Of a stretch of 64,000 nucleotides of DNA, positions 1-12,049 are shown piece by piece (the stretch's first letter is position 1; each line of letters begins with the position of its first letter). Source of the DNA: Nemertoderma westbladi (taxonomy: Eukaryota; Animalia; Xenacoelomorpha). The stretch lies in assembly GCA_032718475.1 (NCBI GenBank), contig JAUCBJ010004074.1:1-64000 (forward strand), read 5' to 3'. Below the pieces are notes generated by a model. The model was given only the letters and a program-made list of their open reading frames with translations, searched no databases and was not told the DNA's origin. The translations under genes and the position numbers were made by a program.

Positions 1-2975
1 ATAATAGGCCTATCGTAAATACCGGTATATCAATTATTTTAAATAATTGAATTTCTGAATTTTAAGGGTTACTTGGTTACTTTAACTTACTTTATTACCG
101 TTATTTAAGCAGTAGTCCAACTGATATTGAGACCTAATTGTTGTATGGCAGGCCTACTATTTATAAATCGTTTGAGTTGATTTATAATATATATATACCC
201 ATTGAAATGGGTTTTGTCAATGTTGAAATAAATGTTATTATTTCTGGGGGAGTCACTACACATAAGCTGTGCGCTCTCAGTGGAGTGCTACTTGTTAGAC
301 ACTAAAACAAATAATTCTAATTTACCTAAGTTACTTAATACAACAAATTACGTACAATTCGGGTTGAGATTACAATCTCTAAATAAACACAAAAATTTAA
401 TTACAAATACACAAATACAAATTTTTAGGGTAATTTTACAAGAAGTCTACTAACCAGCCTAACAAAGGGTTAGAATATCTGGTTATTACAACGGACAGGT
501 TACTACGGTATTTGAAAATAATAAGTAGTAGTAAATATACTGCGTTGTCCAGATAGGAAAATACCACCGTCTGACGACCTATAACCGTATTGCTATAGGT
601 ACTACGTTATGTATCACGGAGTGTCCCTACCTAGAAGTTAATTACCGCGGTCTACCAGAACCAACGTGCCTATTAACCACTTTACAACACAAATATACTG
701 CCTACACACTAATCACCTTCGGAAAGCACTGTACACTAAACCCTAAATTAGGTACAAGTACTTGTATAACAAATAATTAGTAGTTAAAAATACTTGAACA
801 GCTAAAAGAACCACGGCATCTGCTGGAGTGACCGGTGCACAAAATCACCAGTCTTTACCTACGCCGAGCAGCCCTGATGTAGTACCGGGGTTAGTTTAAC
901 TATAACGGTATGTATAACAAGCACAATTACTGTAGGAATAAACTTGGGGATATGAATGTTGCGAATAATAGCATAAACTCTGAATAATAAATATTACGCT
1001 ACGCGTACAAACCATTCAAACAAAATGCAGACCAAATACTGACAGACTACTATCAAGCCTAAACAAACTACGGTATATGCAGACTCCGAAATGGTTAAGT
1101 AGTATGCGTTCTAACCCAGTAGTACGACTTATTCTTTAGATGGGGATTTACCTTACAGCTATGGCTGCCCCTACTTCCTAACCGTTCTTTATCGGACAGA
1201 TGCTCTACACACACCGAAATTTCCTCAAACCCAACAACAGCCAGACAACTATCCAGCCTACAAATTATCTAAATAAAATTATACGCTACCCGTACAGACT
1301 ACACAAACAAAGTACAGGCCAAACGATGGCAGACTACTATCAAGCCTAAATAAACCACAGGACATGCAGACTCCGAAATGGTTAAGTAGTATGCGTTCTA
1401 ACCCAGTAGTACGACTTATTCTTTAGATGGGGGTTTACCTTACAGCTATGGCTGCCCCTACTTCCTAACCGTTCTTTATCGGACATACACTCTACATGCA
1501 CTGCAATCCGTTCAGACCTAATCAACAGTTAGCCAACAGTCAAGCCTACAAATTATCTGTACAATCTGAGCAGGCTTACACGCCTTCTGCTCAATACTGG
1601 CTTACAAATAAATAAAACTGACAGAAATAGGCTTAAGTAAAATCCCAATAAAAACCAGGCGTCCCCGATTAATTATTAAGACCTACCGGCATATAATAAT
1701 CAAATCGAATAATACTGCTGTACCTGTACTGTTGTAGGTACCGGTCCGGATGATCAGGCAGTCAGGCCTACTGGTTACCGGTCGACCGGTACTTTCGACT
1801 AGATTGCTTACACCGCAATCCAGAAGCTATATCTGTTATTGTTTGCGCTTTTAAGACCTTTGACAGTTTAACCTGCCAAATTAGGATGTCTTTTAGATGA
1901 TATATATTCTTTAGCTTATGACGAGTATTTGATACACTACATTAGCCGAAGCCAGTCTATGCGCAATCATTCACCCGTTGGATATACCCGGGAGACTGAG
2001 TTCGGAGCTTAATGATTGATGGTGTAAGCCTACCGTATTATTCGACTGATCGTAATATATAATCTCTGACAAATATTATTCACTTTCGGGAAATATTAAC
2101 AGTTCCTTTAGGACGTGGCGCTCTAAATATGTAAACAGAGTTATGACTTAAACTAGACACAACGAAAAGGCTATAGATTTACGTATATGGCGCATTCTTT
2201 AGGAGATGCTTTGTTATCAGTTACAATCATACACAATGCTGCACAATACTGCACACTAATCTGCCGACCTTCACTAAATTTGGTCACGTATAAAGAGAGC
2301 AACATACAATTTATGTCGGGCATATGAAATAGCATTAGATTCACTTCAAACCACTTAACATAGGTCGCAATCGTTTATCTGTAACCGGTCTCTCTAACCT
2401 TTAGTATATCAAGAAGGTGGGGTGTCTGACTATTGATCAGTATTCCGATATAATATTTCATCAACCAATATAATGAATAACCGACAGTAAAAGCAGTAAA
2501 GTTAAGGTATGATTCGGTTTGTTGAGTAAGATAACAGATATACGCTCTATAATTAAGCCTACTAATGTAAAGCTAAAGAATGCTGATATACGGAGGTGCC
2601 AAAAGCCGATGTTCTTAGGCTCTGGGCAAAAACATAACACTGAACTACTGAGTTCTGTATCCACCTCCAACACAGAGACAAAAAACGCTCTGATTGGTCA
2701 ACCGAACAACTAGAGAACAAAGAAACAAAGAAATGTCGATGTGGCAATATCAGCTGTTAGCCGTCGTCATGGTAGCGACACTGTTTTCAAGAGTATCTAG
2801 CTTATCGCGTCACGAGATTGCGGATTATGTCCTCTAAAGTACAAATACAGAAGAAATGACTTTTATGTCCTCTAAAACACCAGTACAGCAAGGACACGGC
2901 CTTTTTATGCCTGGTAAACCAACTACAGAGTACTTTAAGGGAAAATAACCGGTTAATGACGCAAAAGCTTTTACA
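1..2975 (-). mobile_element. 5' end (long leader + 5' LTR) of large BEL/Pao retrotransposon, copy D; continues off the left edge of the window
   Basis: 1-1839 aligns colinearly with the leader of copy A (37521-39428). The LTR ends at AAGCTTTTACA (2975). The flank AAATGGGGAAATATTATGAAATC occurs without the element in the paralogous segment at ~41254. Confidence 0.9.
1840..2975 (-). repeat. 5' LTR of copy D (~1136 bp)
   Basis: Minus-strand termini TGTAAAAGC...AAAGCGCAAACA; homologous to LTRs at 17628, 39429 and 62645. Confidence 0.9.
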
Positions 2976-3059
2976 AAATGGGGAAATATTATGAAATCAA
3001 GAAATCTAGTCGAAATTTATTGAAGCTTATGAAATTACCTCTCATATAAATAAAAAAAT

Positions 3060-3380
3060 GCAAAAAACTGTTAACGGGTTTTATCTCCCCTACGGTTTCA
3101 TCTTATTTTGTACATGTCTCTAATGTGGTTGAAAAATGTCTACCAAAAAACGGTTAACGGGTTTTATCTCCCTGCGGTTTTATCTTATTTTGTACATGTC
3201 TCTAATGTGGTTGAAAAATGCAAAAAACGGTTAACGGGTTTTATCTCCCCTACGGTTTTATCTTATTTTGTACATGTCTCCAATGTGGTTGAAAAATGCA
3301 GAAAACGGTTAACGGGTTTTATCTCCCCTACGGTTTTATCTTATTTTGTACATGTCTCTAATGTGGTTGAAAAATGCATA
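3060..3380. repeat. ~78-bp tandem repeat, ~4 copies
   Basis: Unit AAAACGGTTAACGGGTTTTATCTCCCCTACGG...ATGTGGTTGAAAAATGC repeats; a single copy is present in the paralogue at ~41340-41420. Confidence 0.9.
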
Positions 3381-4173
3381 GAAAACGATACCATAGAAAA
3401 GAGGATCATCAAAGTACATAAAAATTTGAAAAAATATTATTTTTTGGCGCCCCCTAGCGGCCTTTGTATGATTTAAAAAATTTCACTAAAAAGACGATTT
3501 AAAAAATTTCACTAAAAAGTATTTTTCATTTTTATTTTTCGATACCACAATTTAGGAATTTTGGGGCGGGGGGCGCCGGCGGGGGGCGGGGAGGCTACCC
3601 CTCTGGGTGCAATAAAAAACAAATTTCTGTAATTATTAACGAGACGGGATATTTTCGCACTTAATCAGATCATCAATAAATATACATCTCTCTCTAGGGG
3701 AAACTCGACGCAAATAACAGATAATTGCTCTCAAAAATAAAACCTCTAACCTGTTATAATGAGTTTCATTTATTGTTATGGTTAGAATATAGTGCCACTA
3801 ATAACCTGCTCCTCTCCCTAAATAGTGAATTTAACTTAATTAATTTAAATATTAATTCGCCGAGATTGGATTTGTGTACAGTTGTTGTCCTCCATCTCTA
3901 ATAATCGGTATTGATCGAGTGTCTGCCAATGTTTGTCTCAACTCAGTCTGTCAGTAGGACTCATCTCAAAACTATCCACAGTTGTTAGACCTACAGTGTT
4001 AGACCTACAGGTATTAGGCTACCTGCCATACCTGCATACCGGTACTGAAGAAATATACTGCAGTACAGACTGTACTACACCACACCAGCACACCACAACT
4101 ACTGCACTACCGCAGTACCGTTCTGCCGTTACCGGTACCGAACAACCAGACTACATTCATTCACATTGCAGCA

Positions 4174-5877
4174 ATGGACCGGGAGCAACTGGAACGAGAG
4201 TTCGAATGTTCCGTATGTCTACGACTTTTACATCAGCCTCGACTTTTGATCAACTGCTCCCACTGTTTCTGTTACAAATGTATCGTAAAATTTTCTAAAC
4301 AACGCGGTGATGGATTTTCGTTGGAATGTCCTCGTTGTCGGAACCCCACCGAGGTAGAGAAACTGGATTCTTTGCCGACAGTAGGTCATGTCGTCACCAT
4401 GATTGATATGATTCGAAAAGAAAAAACATGCGACGAGTGCAGAAAAAACAAAGGAACGAATCCCTGCGAACGTTGCGACACCGAATTGTGCAGAAAGTGC
4501 GAACTTTACCACGTCTGTGACGTCAATCCACCTAATTCGGGAGCAGCTGGAGAACCGACGCCGACGGGATGCTGGTATAATGACGTAGATCTCGATAAAC
4601 AAGGAGCTGTTGGTGGATCTAAAGAACCGGATCCCGATCTGTGCCTAACCCACGGTCTAAACATACGCCATTATTGCGAGAAATGCGAATGTGTTGTTTG
4701 TCGCCAATGTCATTCCGTTGACGATGTTTCTAAAGATCACGAGGTCGGGTATACGAACGAAGTCTGTAATTCAATCAAACGAAACTTAGTAGAAGGTCCG
4801 GGACAGTTGAGAACACGATTGGAGACTAAACTATCAGTGTTGGAAGGAATTCTGGGGGATTTAGAGGACGTCACTAAAGTTTCAACCGACGACATCCGCA
4901 AACACTTCCAATATTTATACAACGAATTAAAAGCAGCTGAAGATACAATGATGAAGCAGGTCCGGGATTTAAATACCAAAGCGGCGGGAAAAATATCAGC
5001 AGCGCAGGAAATTCTCTCTAATATCGAAATTCCTAAAGAAAACGAATATTATAAGAAGATAAAGAATTCCGAGTTGATCAAAGAAATAGCGGAAGCCAAG
5101 AAGATCCTAAAGAAATACAAAGAAATCGAGCAGCGGATTTCTGAGATCGAAGTTGTAGAGGTACCGGAAATTCGTTTCGTTCCGGTCGAGTTACAGAAGG
5201 ACCTGGAAGGGATTACCGGCCGCGTCGATATTATAGATAGCGGCGATGGAGGAGAGAAGATGGCGGTTCCAGTAGAAGAACTGGAGGTTGAGAAACGTTT
5301 TGACCTCCGCCAATACGAAGATATTTTATTAAGAGATCCGCCGCTAAAGGAAACATGTCGGATCGACTGTCGGAGAATGGGAATCGGTAAAGTCGGTACC
5401 ATTGGTGGTCGTTATAGGAAACTGGGGATAACCGATTCCGTAACTAACAGGGTTTATATTTACGAATTCAACGACGACGAGTCTTTATCTTTACGTGGTG
5501 AACCTATTATTATAGAACGCGACTGCAACGCCGAAAAGAAACAGATTAAGTTTCTAGATAATTACTACGAGGAAACCTGGATCGCCGCAACGGAAGAATG
5601 TGTATTTGTAATAAACACAGACGAAGGTGATGTCAAACATTTGTGTCTTGGTAAAGAGAGATACCGGGGTCAACCAATAGGCCCAATGGTCGGTATCCAT
5701 GGTGATTATCTGCTAACGTCAAACAACTGCGTGATTAAACTGGACCGGCGCGATTGTTCTAAGGAATGGATATCCCGTATCGAAGAACCCGGGAAACTCC
5801 TTCCCAGCTGTAGTTCACTGGGCTATTTATACGTCGGATTATTCCAACCTAACGAACATAAATTATCCCTATGTTGA
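4174..5877 (+). CDS. Intronless TRIM/RBCC protein (RING, two B-boxes, coiled coil, partial beta-rich C-terminal domain); 3'-truncated copy 1
   Basis: C3HC4 RING CSVC..CSHCFCYKC..CPRC; B-box-like CDEC..CERC..CRKC..H and CLTH..CEKC..CRQCH..H; then a heptad-rich helix. Similarity to copy 2 stops at HKLSLC, where the DNA jumps to the equivalent of ~45972. Confidence 0.85.
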   Translation: MDREQLEREFECSVCLRLLHQPRLLINCSHCFCYKCIVKFSKQRGDGFSLECPRCRNPTEVEKLDSLPTVGHVVTMIDMIRKEKTCDECRKNKGTNPCERCDTELCRKCELYHVCDVNPPNSGAAGEPTPTGCWYNDVDLDKQGAVGGSKEPDPDLCLTHGLNIRHYCEKCECVVCRQCHSVDDVSKDHEVGYTNEVCNSIKRNLVEGPGQLRTRLETKLSVLEGILGDLEDVTKVSTDDIRKHFQYLYNELKAAEDTMMKQVRDLNTKAAGKISAAQEILSNIEIPKENEYYKKIKNSELIKEIAEAKKILKKYKEIEQRISEIEVVEVPEIRFVPVELQKDLEGITGRVDIIDSGDGGEKMAVPVEELEVEKRFDLRQYEDILLRDPPLKETCRIDCRRMGIGKVGTIGGRYRKLGITDSVTNRVYIYEFNDDESLSLRGEPIIIERDCNAEKKQIKFLDNYYEETWIAATEECVFVINTDEGDVKHLCLGKERYRGQPIGPMVGIHGDYLLTSNNCVIKLDRRDCSKEWISRIEEPGKLLPSCSSLGYLYVGLFQPNEHKLSLC

Positions 5878-6539
5878 TTATAATCCCTAAGCTACATCCC
5901 TAAGCTGATTCTTGGCTTGACAAATATGTACTAGACTACAAGTTGCGACTTTATGAGGAGGTTGATCGGCCAGCAGTTCTTCAGTCAACTGTCACTGTCA
6001 ACAATTCTGACGAGTTGCCAAGGCATATAGAAACTAAAACGTATTGCATATAGTGATTAATATAAAAGTAAATTGAGTTTATTGGAGTAAATATTCAAAT
6101 ATTATAATATATTTCGAACCGACTGGCGGCGCTTCATCAGATACAAGTTATAACGATTAAAAAGGAACACAAAACTGCAAAATTGTGGTAAAATACAGAG
6201 ATAGGATTACCGGTATTTCTGTACGAAACTCGTAGTAACAGTTTACTTTGTATTAACTTCTTATTAATTATTGTTATTAAATGTATTAATTTCATATTAA
6301 CTTGTTATTTATTACCTTCATGTTAGATAATCAATTAATAATCGATAGTCAACTTATAAATTATTATTTTCGCGCAACATTAAAGAAATTGACCTTCTTT
6401 CTTTTTGTAATTTTAATCGCATTATGATAGAGTGATATTATTATTTCTGTGTTCTACTGTAAATTTATTTTAATTTATTTATTATTTAAGCCAGGAGTTT
6501 TCCACACCCTTAATACGTAAGTCAGTCCGTTCAGAAATG

Positions 6540-6790
6540 TCAAGGGCTTTATTAACGTAGATAGCGGTGCCACCTCGATGGAGCCTACCAGTAGTTCTAT
6601 TGTGGAAGAAAGGGTCACAGTATCCAAGGGAATCTAAGTTCAAAATGTCAGTTAAGTCGCCGTCACTAATAAATGTCTCGGTGAAAGTGAGGATGTCAAA
6701 TTTAGCAGTGACATTGAGTAGGAAATCAGTTATAGCTGGTAGGTTAGCAGGAAGACTACGGCAATTTAAGTTAAACTTGGATTTTTGCAG
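6540..6790 (-). pseudogene. Non-LTR retrotransposon AP-endonuclease N-terminal fragment (not in ORF track)
   Basis: Manual translation gives NLNCRSLPANL...KFDILTFTETFI...LGY...HNRTTGRLHRGGTAIYVNKS, matching the APE motifs NxRSL, TET and GGxAIYV. Confidence 0.75.
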
Positions 6791-7349
6791 TCAGACTTGA
6801 TCTGTTTGATATCGCCATGGAGGTCAGGAAGGCATTGTAGAAGTTTAGGGCCACATTCCTTCCACGAACCGCTGGTTGGTAAATCGATCTCTGATTCGGA
6901 CTCGCTCATATTCCTTAATTAACTGGCGAGAATTTAATATTGTAATGATTCTTCTGTCTAAGAGCTGAAGCGAGGATTTAATGCTAATCGAGACACCGTG
7001 AACGGTACCGGTAGTTAAACGCGTCCAGATAGCAGACTGTTTGGACTCTAGGACAAGGCCATCTAAATTATTGGTAAATTAAATGTCAAATACAAAATGG
7101 ATAATCTACCGAGGCGATGTAATAGATGCCGCCACTATATCGAATCGTGGTTCTCATCACGTACCTACCGCGGGCGATACTAGCGTACCTAATACACACT
7201 CAGCGCGAACGTTTTACAGATCGAATGGCCCCGCATCTAATCGACAGAATGACAATAGACGATCACCAATTGAGCGTGTCCTTCATTCCCCCTACTCAAC
7301 TGGATGAGGGACAGTCAGATTGACTGTTGCAATACACAATACCAGTAAC

Positions 7350-8330
7350 GGTTGCTGCTTGGTCCCCTGCACCCATAACCATCGCTGCTGCGTCCCCCGC
7401 ACCCACAGCCGTCGCTGCTGGGTCCCTCGAATCCACAGCCATCGCTGCTGGGTTCCCCCCGCACCCACATATGTTGCTGCTGGGTCCCTCGAATCCACAG
7501 CCATCGCTGCTGGGTCCCCCGCATCCACAGCCATCGCTGCTGGGTCCCCCTCATCCACAGCCATCGCTGCTGGGTCCCCCGCACCCATAACCGTCGCTGC
7601 TGGGTCCCCCGCACCCACAACCGTCGCTGCTGCGTCCCCCACACCCACAACCGCCGCTGCTGGGTCCCTCGTATCCACAGTCATCGCTGCTGGGTCCCCC
7701 GCACCCACAACCGTCGCTGCTGGGTCCCCCACACCCACAACAGTTGCTGCTGGGTCCCCCGCACCCACAACCGTCGCTGCTGCCTCCCCCACACCCACAA
7801 CCGCCGCTGCTGGGTCCCTCGTATCCACAGTCATCGCTGCTGGGTCCCCCACACCCACAACAGTTGCTGCTGGGTCCCCCGCACCCACTACCGTTGCTGC
7901 TGGGTCCCCTGCACCCACAACAGTTGCTGCTGGGTCCCCCACACCCACTACCGTTGCTGCTGGGTCCCCCGCACCCACTACCGTTGCTGCTGGGTCCCCT
8001 GCACCCACAACAGTTGCTGCTGGGTCCCCCACACCCACTACCGTTGCTGCTGGGTCCCCCGCACCCACTACCGTTGCTGCTGGGTCCCCTGCACCCACAA
8101 CAGTTGCTGCTGGGTCCCCCACACCCACTACCGTTGCTGCTGGGTCCCCTGCACCCACTACCATCGATGCTGGGTCCCCCGCACCCACAACCGTCGCTGC
8201 TGGGTCCCTCGCATCCACAACAGTCGCTGCTGGGTACCTCACATCCACAACCGTCGCTGCTGGGTCCCCCGCATCCACTACCATCGCTGTTGGGTACCAC
8301 TCACCCACACATGTTGCTGTTGGGTCCACA
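7350..8330 (+). repeat. 30-bp minisatellite (~32 units) encoding TTVAAGSPAP
   Basis: Unit CCGTCGCTGCTGGGTCCCCCGCACCCACAA is directly visible and stop-free in several frames. Confidence 0.95.
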
Positions 8331-9339
8331 ACCGCATCTAATTCAACCACTGCCGTCCCAACTCTGTTGTTATACAACACTCGTAGCCTTCTAAATCTAC
8401 ACAGGCGATGCAAACTGGCAAATTCAATTCTGATCCGAGACTACAATATAATATGCATAACTGAAACTTGGCTTACTCCTAAGATACTCGATAGCGAATT
8501 ATTCCTCACTGGTTACAACTTAATACGTACGGAGCGTAGCTCAAAATTTGATTGTATCTCAACACATGGAGGTGTCCTTATTGCTCTACAAAATGGAATT
8601 AACTACACGCCAGAATATATTAATGGTGCTTCTGATAGAGTATCAAGTTCAGTTACTGCCTGTTTGTGCAATATTAGCAGTTTAACATATTTACTTGTAT
8701 GTATATACAACCCACCTGACAAAAGCCCATACCGCTTAGAAGTTGCTGATTTTTACAAATTACTAGACTACATAATAACATTTAAGGATCACGTTGACGA
8801 CGTGATCATATGTGGGGATATCTTATCTTAAATCTAAATTTAATTATTAAACATCTGGATTATTGGTAATGACGATCACACCTACAAGGAGAGACTCATA
8901 ATATTAAACATTCTACCGATCTCATTATACTTACAATTATCCGACACACTAACCTTGTCAAAGATAATAAATAATAAATACGACATTGACTGGTCGCCAC
9001 ATCTAAAGATGAAGCAAACAAACCTCAGAAGAAACACTCGTAGCGCTAACCGAACCTCGTTTGATCTCACACACCCCCTAAAGTGCATATCAAAGCAAAA
9101 TTTCTGCTTTCGCGCACCACAATTGGCAAATCAGCTTCCCCTTCAGACAGAGTATTTTAATCACGTTGGTTTAAAGGCGCGCCTATTGAATCTGTTCTGG
9201 GCCCACTTTCACCAACATTACGATGTTGACATCACTTGCAGTTGGAAAATTAACTGTGACTGTACACAGATGAACTGCAACCTCCGCATATTGAACCTTA
9301 ACAACTTACTCACTTGATTTTATTACTTGCTAAAATATT

Positions 9340-9690
9340 TATATTTTCATCACTTGCTCTGTTGCTGTATTTATAATTTTATCACCTGCTGTACCTTCTG
9401 TTGATGTATATACAGTATATTTTCATGACTTGCTCTGTTGCTGTATTTATAATTTTATCACTTGCTGTATATATACGTCTGCTGTTGCTGTATATATATA
9501 TTTTTATCACCTGCTGTACCTTGTGTTGATGTATATATATTTTCATCACTTGCTCTGTTGCTGTATTTATAATTTTATCACTTGCTGTATATATACGTCT
9601 GCTGTTGCTGTATATATATTTTTATCACTTGCTGTATATATATTTTTATCACTTGCTGTATACATATATTTTTTATTTATCACTTTCAGT
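9340..9690. repeat. Degenerate ~118-bp tandem repeat in LINE 3' UTR
   Basis: TCACTTGCTCTGTTGCTGTATTTATAATTTTATCAC recurs at ~9350, ~9427 and ~9546. Confidence 0.75.
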
Positions 9691-10221
9691 ACGTACATTG
9701 CACAACATATGAACAAACATGATTAAACATAAATATATTTTAATTTTCTCGGATAACGAATACTGGATTGATTTTATTTTAATAGTGCTACTCAGTCTAA
9801 ATTGTATATTTTTGTTAGTCTCCATGAATTACGTTTTTATTTCAGGGGGCGACCCCTACACTATGTGTAAATCCTTAATAATAATAATAATAATAATAAA
9901 ATAACAGGCCATGACAAGGACCTAGCCTGCAAAATTATCGTAGACTGACTGCTGAATTATCAAATATTATATTTTCCACGAATGCAGGGTCCATATTTAA
10001 AAGAAGATAAGTAGATTTTCGTAAATAATTTAATTCAAACTGTATTTAATAATGAATGAATTAATTAATTATTGCTCGAGTTCATGCAGCTTTTATTTGT
10101 TTGTGGCTGTCTCTGACTATGTTTGTGGCAGGGATGTTTTGAACGCTAATAAGTCGGTCAATCATGGATGAAATGGAACCAAACTTGGTACACTTGTAGT
10201 CTACCAAAAGGGTATAAATTC

Positions 10222-11193
10222 GGAAGCAGGACAATTCGGTCCCGGACAATTCGGTCCGGACAATTCGGTCCCGGACTATTCGGTCCGGGACAATTCGGTC
10301 CCATTAATTTTGTGTTTTGGGACCGAATTGTCCGGGACCGAATTGTCCGGATACTGTCTAGGACAATACGGTCCCAAAACATGCATATTAATGGGACCGA
10401 ATTGTCCGGGACCGAATTGTCCTGGACCAAATTTAATTGGTACTACTGTAGTATATAATGGTGAATGTTCTAGAACCTTAATATATATTATTATATGGTA
10501 GCTAGTGTTTTCTTTACTAGCTAATATTTTTTTGAAAATAAAAAAAATTTCACTTTTTTTTGTTAACATTATTAGTTATGGTAGCTATGGTGTTTTTATG
10601 GAGCTTGTGAATTATCTACTAGCTAGTAATAGTATGTATTTAAAATGTTTAAAACTGATTTTTTTTATATATTGCGTATGTATACTGTACGTTGTTGGTT
10701 GGTTAACAAGCCTAAATTATTATCCTAGATAATAGCTGAATCTCATTCAGGGACTGTTATAATATCATCAATATTGTTGGTAATTAATATAATCAGCAAC
10801 AGTTAGGCCTAATTCTGAAATATCAATGTTTTCACAAGTGTTTTTTTTAATTTAAAGGAAATGCTAGCTAGTAAAAAAAACACTAGCTACACCTTAATAA
10901 ATAATATATAATAATGTTCTCGAACACTACCAATAACAAAAAAAAAATACCGTATTTTTTAAATTTCAAAAAATTATAGCAAGTAAATAACACTAGCTAC
11001 CATAAAAAAATATCTCTACTAATGTTCTAGAACATTCACCAATATCAAAAAAGCACTAAAAAATTGCTATTCTGACAATCCGGACAATTCTGTCCCGGTC
11101 AATTCGGTCCCGGACAATTCGGTCCCATTTATTTAGTGTTTTGGGACCGAATTGTCCGGACCGAATTGTCTGGGACCGAATTGTCCTACATCC
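10222..11193. mobile_element. Non-autonomous foldback / Mutator-like TIR element with 15-bp subterminal repeats
   Basis: 9-bp TSD TATAAATTC at 10213-10221 and 11194-11202. Termini GGA(A/T)G(C/T)AGGACAATTCGGTCC are inverted. Arrays of GGACAATTCGGTCCC in both orientations at each end. Confidence 0.85.
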
Positions 11194-11494
11194 TATAAAT
11201 TCTACACAGAGAAAGACTTCTATAGTTCCTCTGTCTGCCGCTAGAGGGCGAATTTACAGAATTTAGTAGTAGTTACCTAAGAGCATTGCTTAATTAGAAA
11301 TTCTGCAGAGACTTTTACAGTTCCTGTTTGCCGCTAGGGGGGGAATTGTTAGAGCTCCAGTCCAACGTGCTTAGCACGGTTTAATAAACAATAAATTAAT
11401 TATTTTATTCAATACAGTAATTATAACAGTATAATGCAATGTATTTTTTAGTGATAAATCAAGAGACATGAGGGGGGGGGGGGAGACTGGACGC

Positions 11495-11685
11495 AAATCC
11501 CATCTTGGCGAATTAATATCCCGCCTCAATGTTAATTTCTCAATTTAGGGAAAGGAGCAGGTGGCACGATATTTTAACCAAAACAATAAACTAAACACAA
11601 TAGAACAGGTTACAGTTTTATTTTTGAGAGTAATCAACTGTTATTTCTATTTGCGTCCAATTACTCTGGAGAGGGATACATTTTT
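11495..11685 (-). repeat. Diverged inverted copy of the sequence upstream of the TRIM genes
   Basis: Reverse complement aligns with ~3680-3870 and ~41720-41905 (CTCTCAAAAATAAAAC, CCTGCTCCT, CCCTAAAT, TATTAATTCGCC). Confidence 0.65.
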
Positions 11686-12049
11686 ATTTTATTTGTTTAA
11701 ATAATCAAATGGCACTAGACTGAGCCCAGTCAGCCAGTTGTTAATAATATAAAAATATCGGCTGTAAAGTGTAAATACAGTTTTACACAAGATGACAGGG
11801 GCGTTACATCCTGTTGTATAAGAAATATAAAAATGTAACACAAAATACAAGACTATCGGCTAATCGGGAGGAATAACTAAACCTCCCCGACTGTAGTTCT
11901 CCAATAATTACCATGATTATTATTCACAAAATAAGTATCATCGTGGTCTCTTTGAATACTACCGGTACCTGGTATTTGCGCTTCACCACTTCATCAATGT
12001 CGACTTCTTCCAATTCCGAGTATAAATACACAACAATAACAAAAAAACA

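Larger units (their letters stand above)
7320..9904 (+). mobile_element. Internally deleted LINE (CR1/L2/Jockey-group-like): Pro/Thr repeat + APE endonuclease, ORF2 C-terminus, 3' UTR, (TAA)n tail
   Basis: APE motifs YNTRSL, ICITETWL, HGGVLIA, CIYNPP, IICGD (8370-8820). NFCFRAPQLANQLP (ORF 8955-9317) resembles a LINE ORF2 C-terminus. No RT lies between them. (TAA)n at ~9877-9904. Confidence 0.75.

Noticed and set aside
3108-3476. 122-aa repetitive ORF
   Set aside because: It is the translation of the 78-bp tandem repeat; the paralogous locus has one unit and no such ORF.
7292-8413. Collagen-, metallothionein- or extensin-like ORFs in alternative frames
   Set aside because: These are by-products of a stop-free 30-bp minisatellite.
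10158-10569. GPGQF / RTIRS repeat ORFs
   Set aside because: They arise from the 15-bp subterminal repeats of the TIR element.
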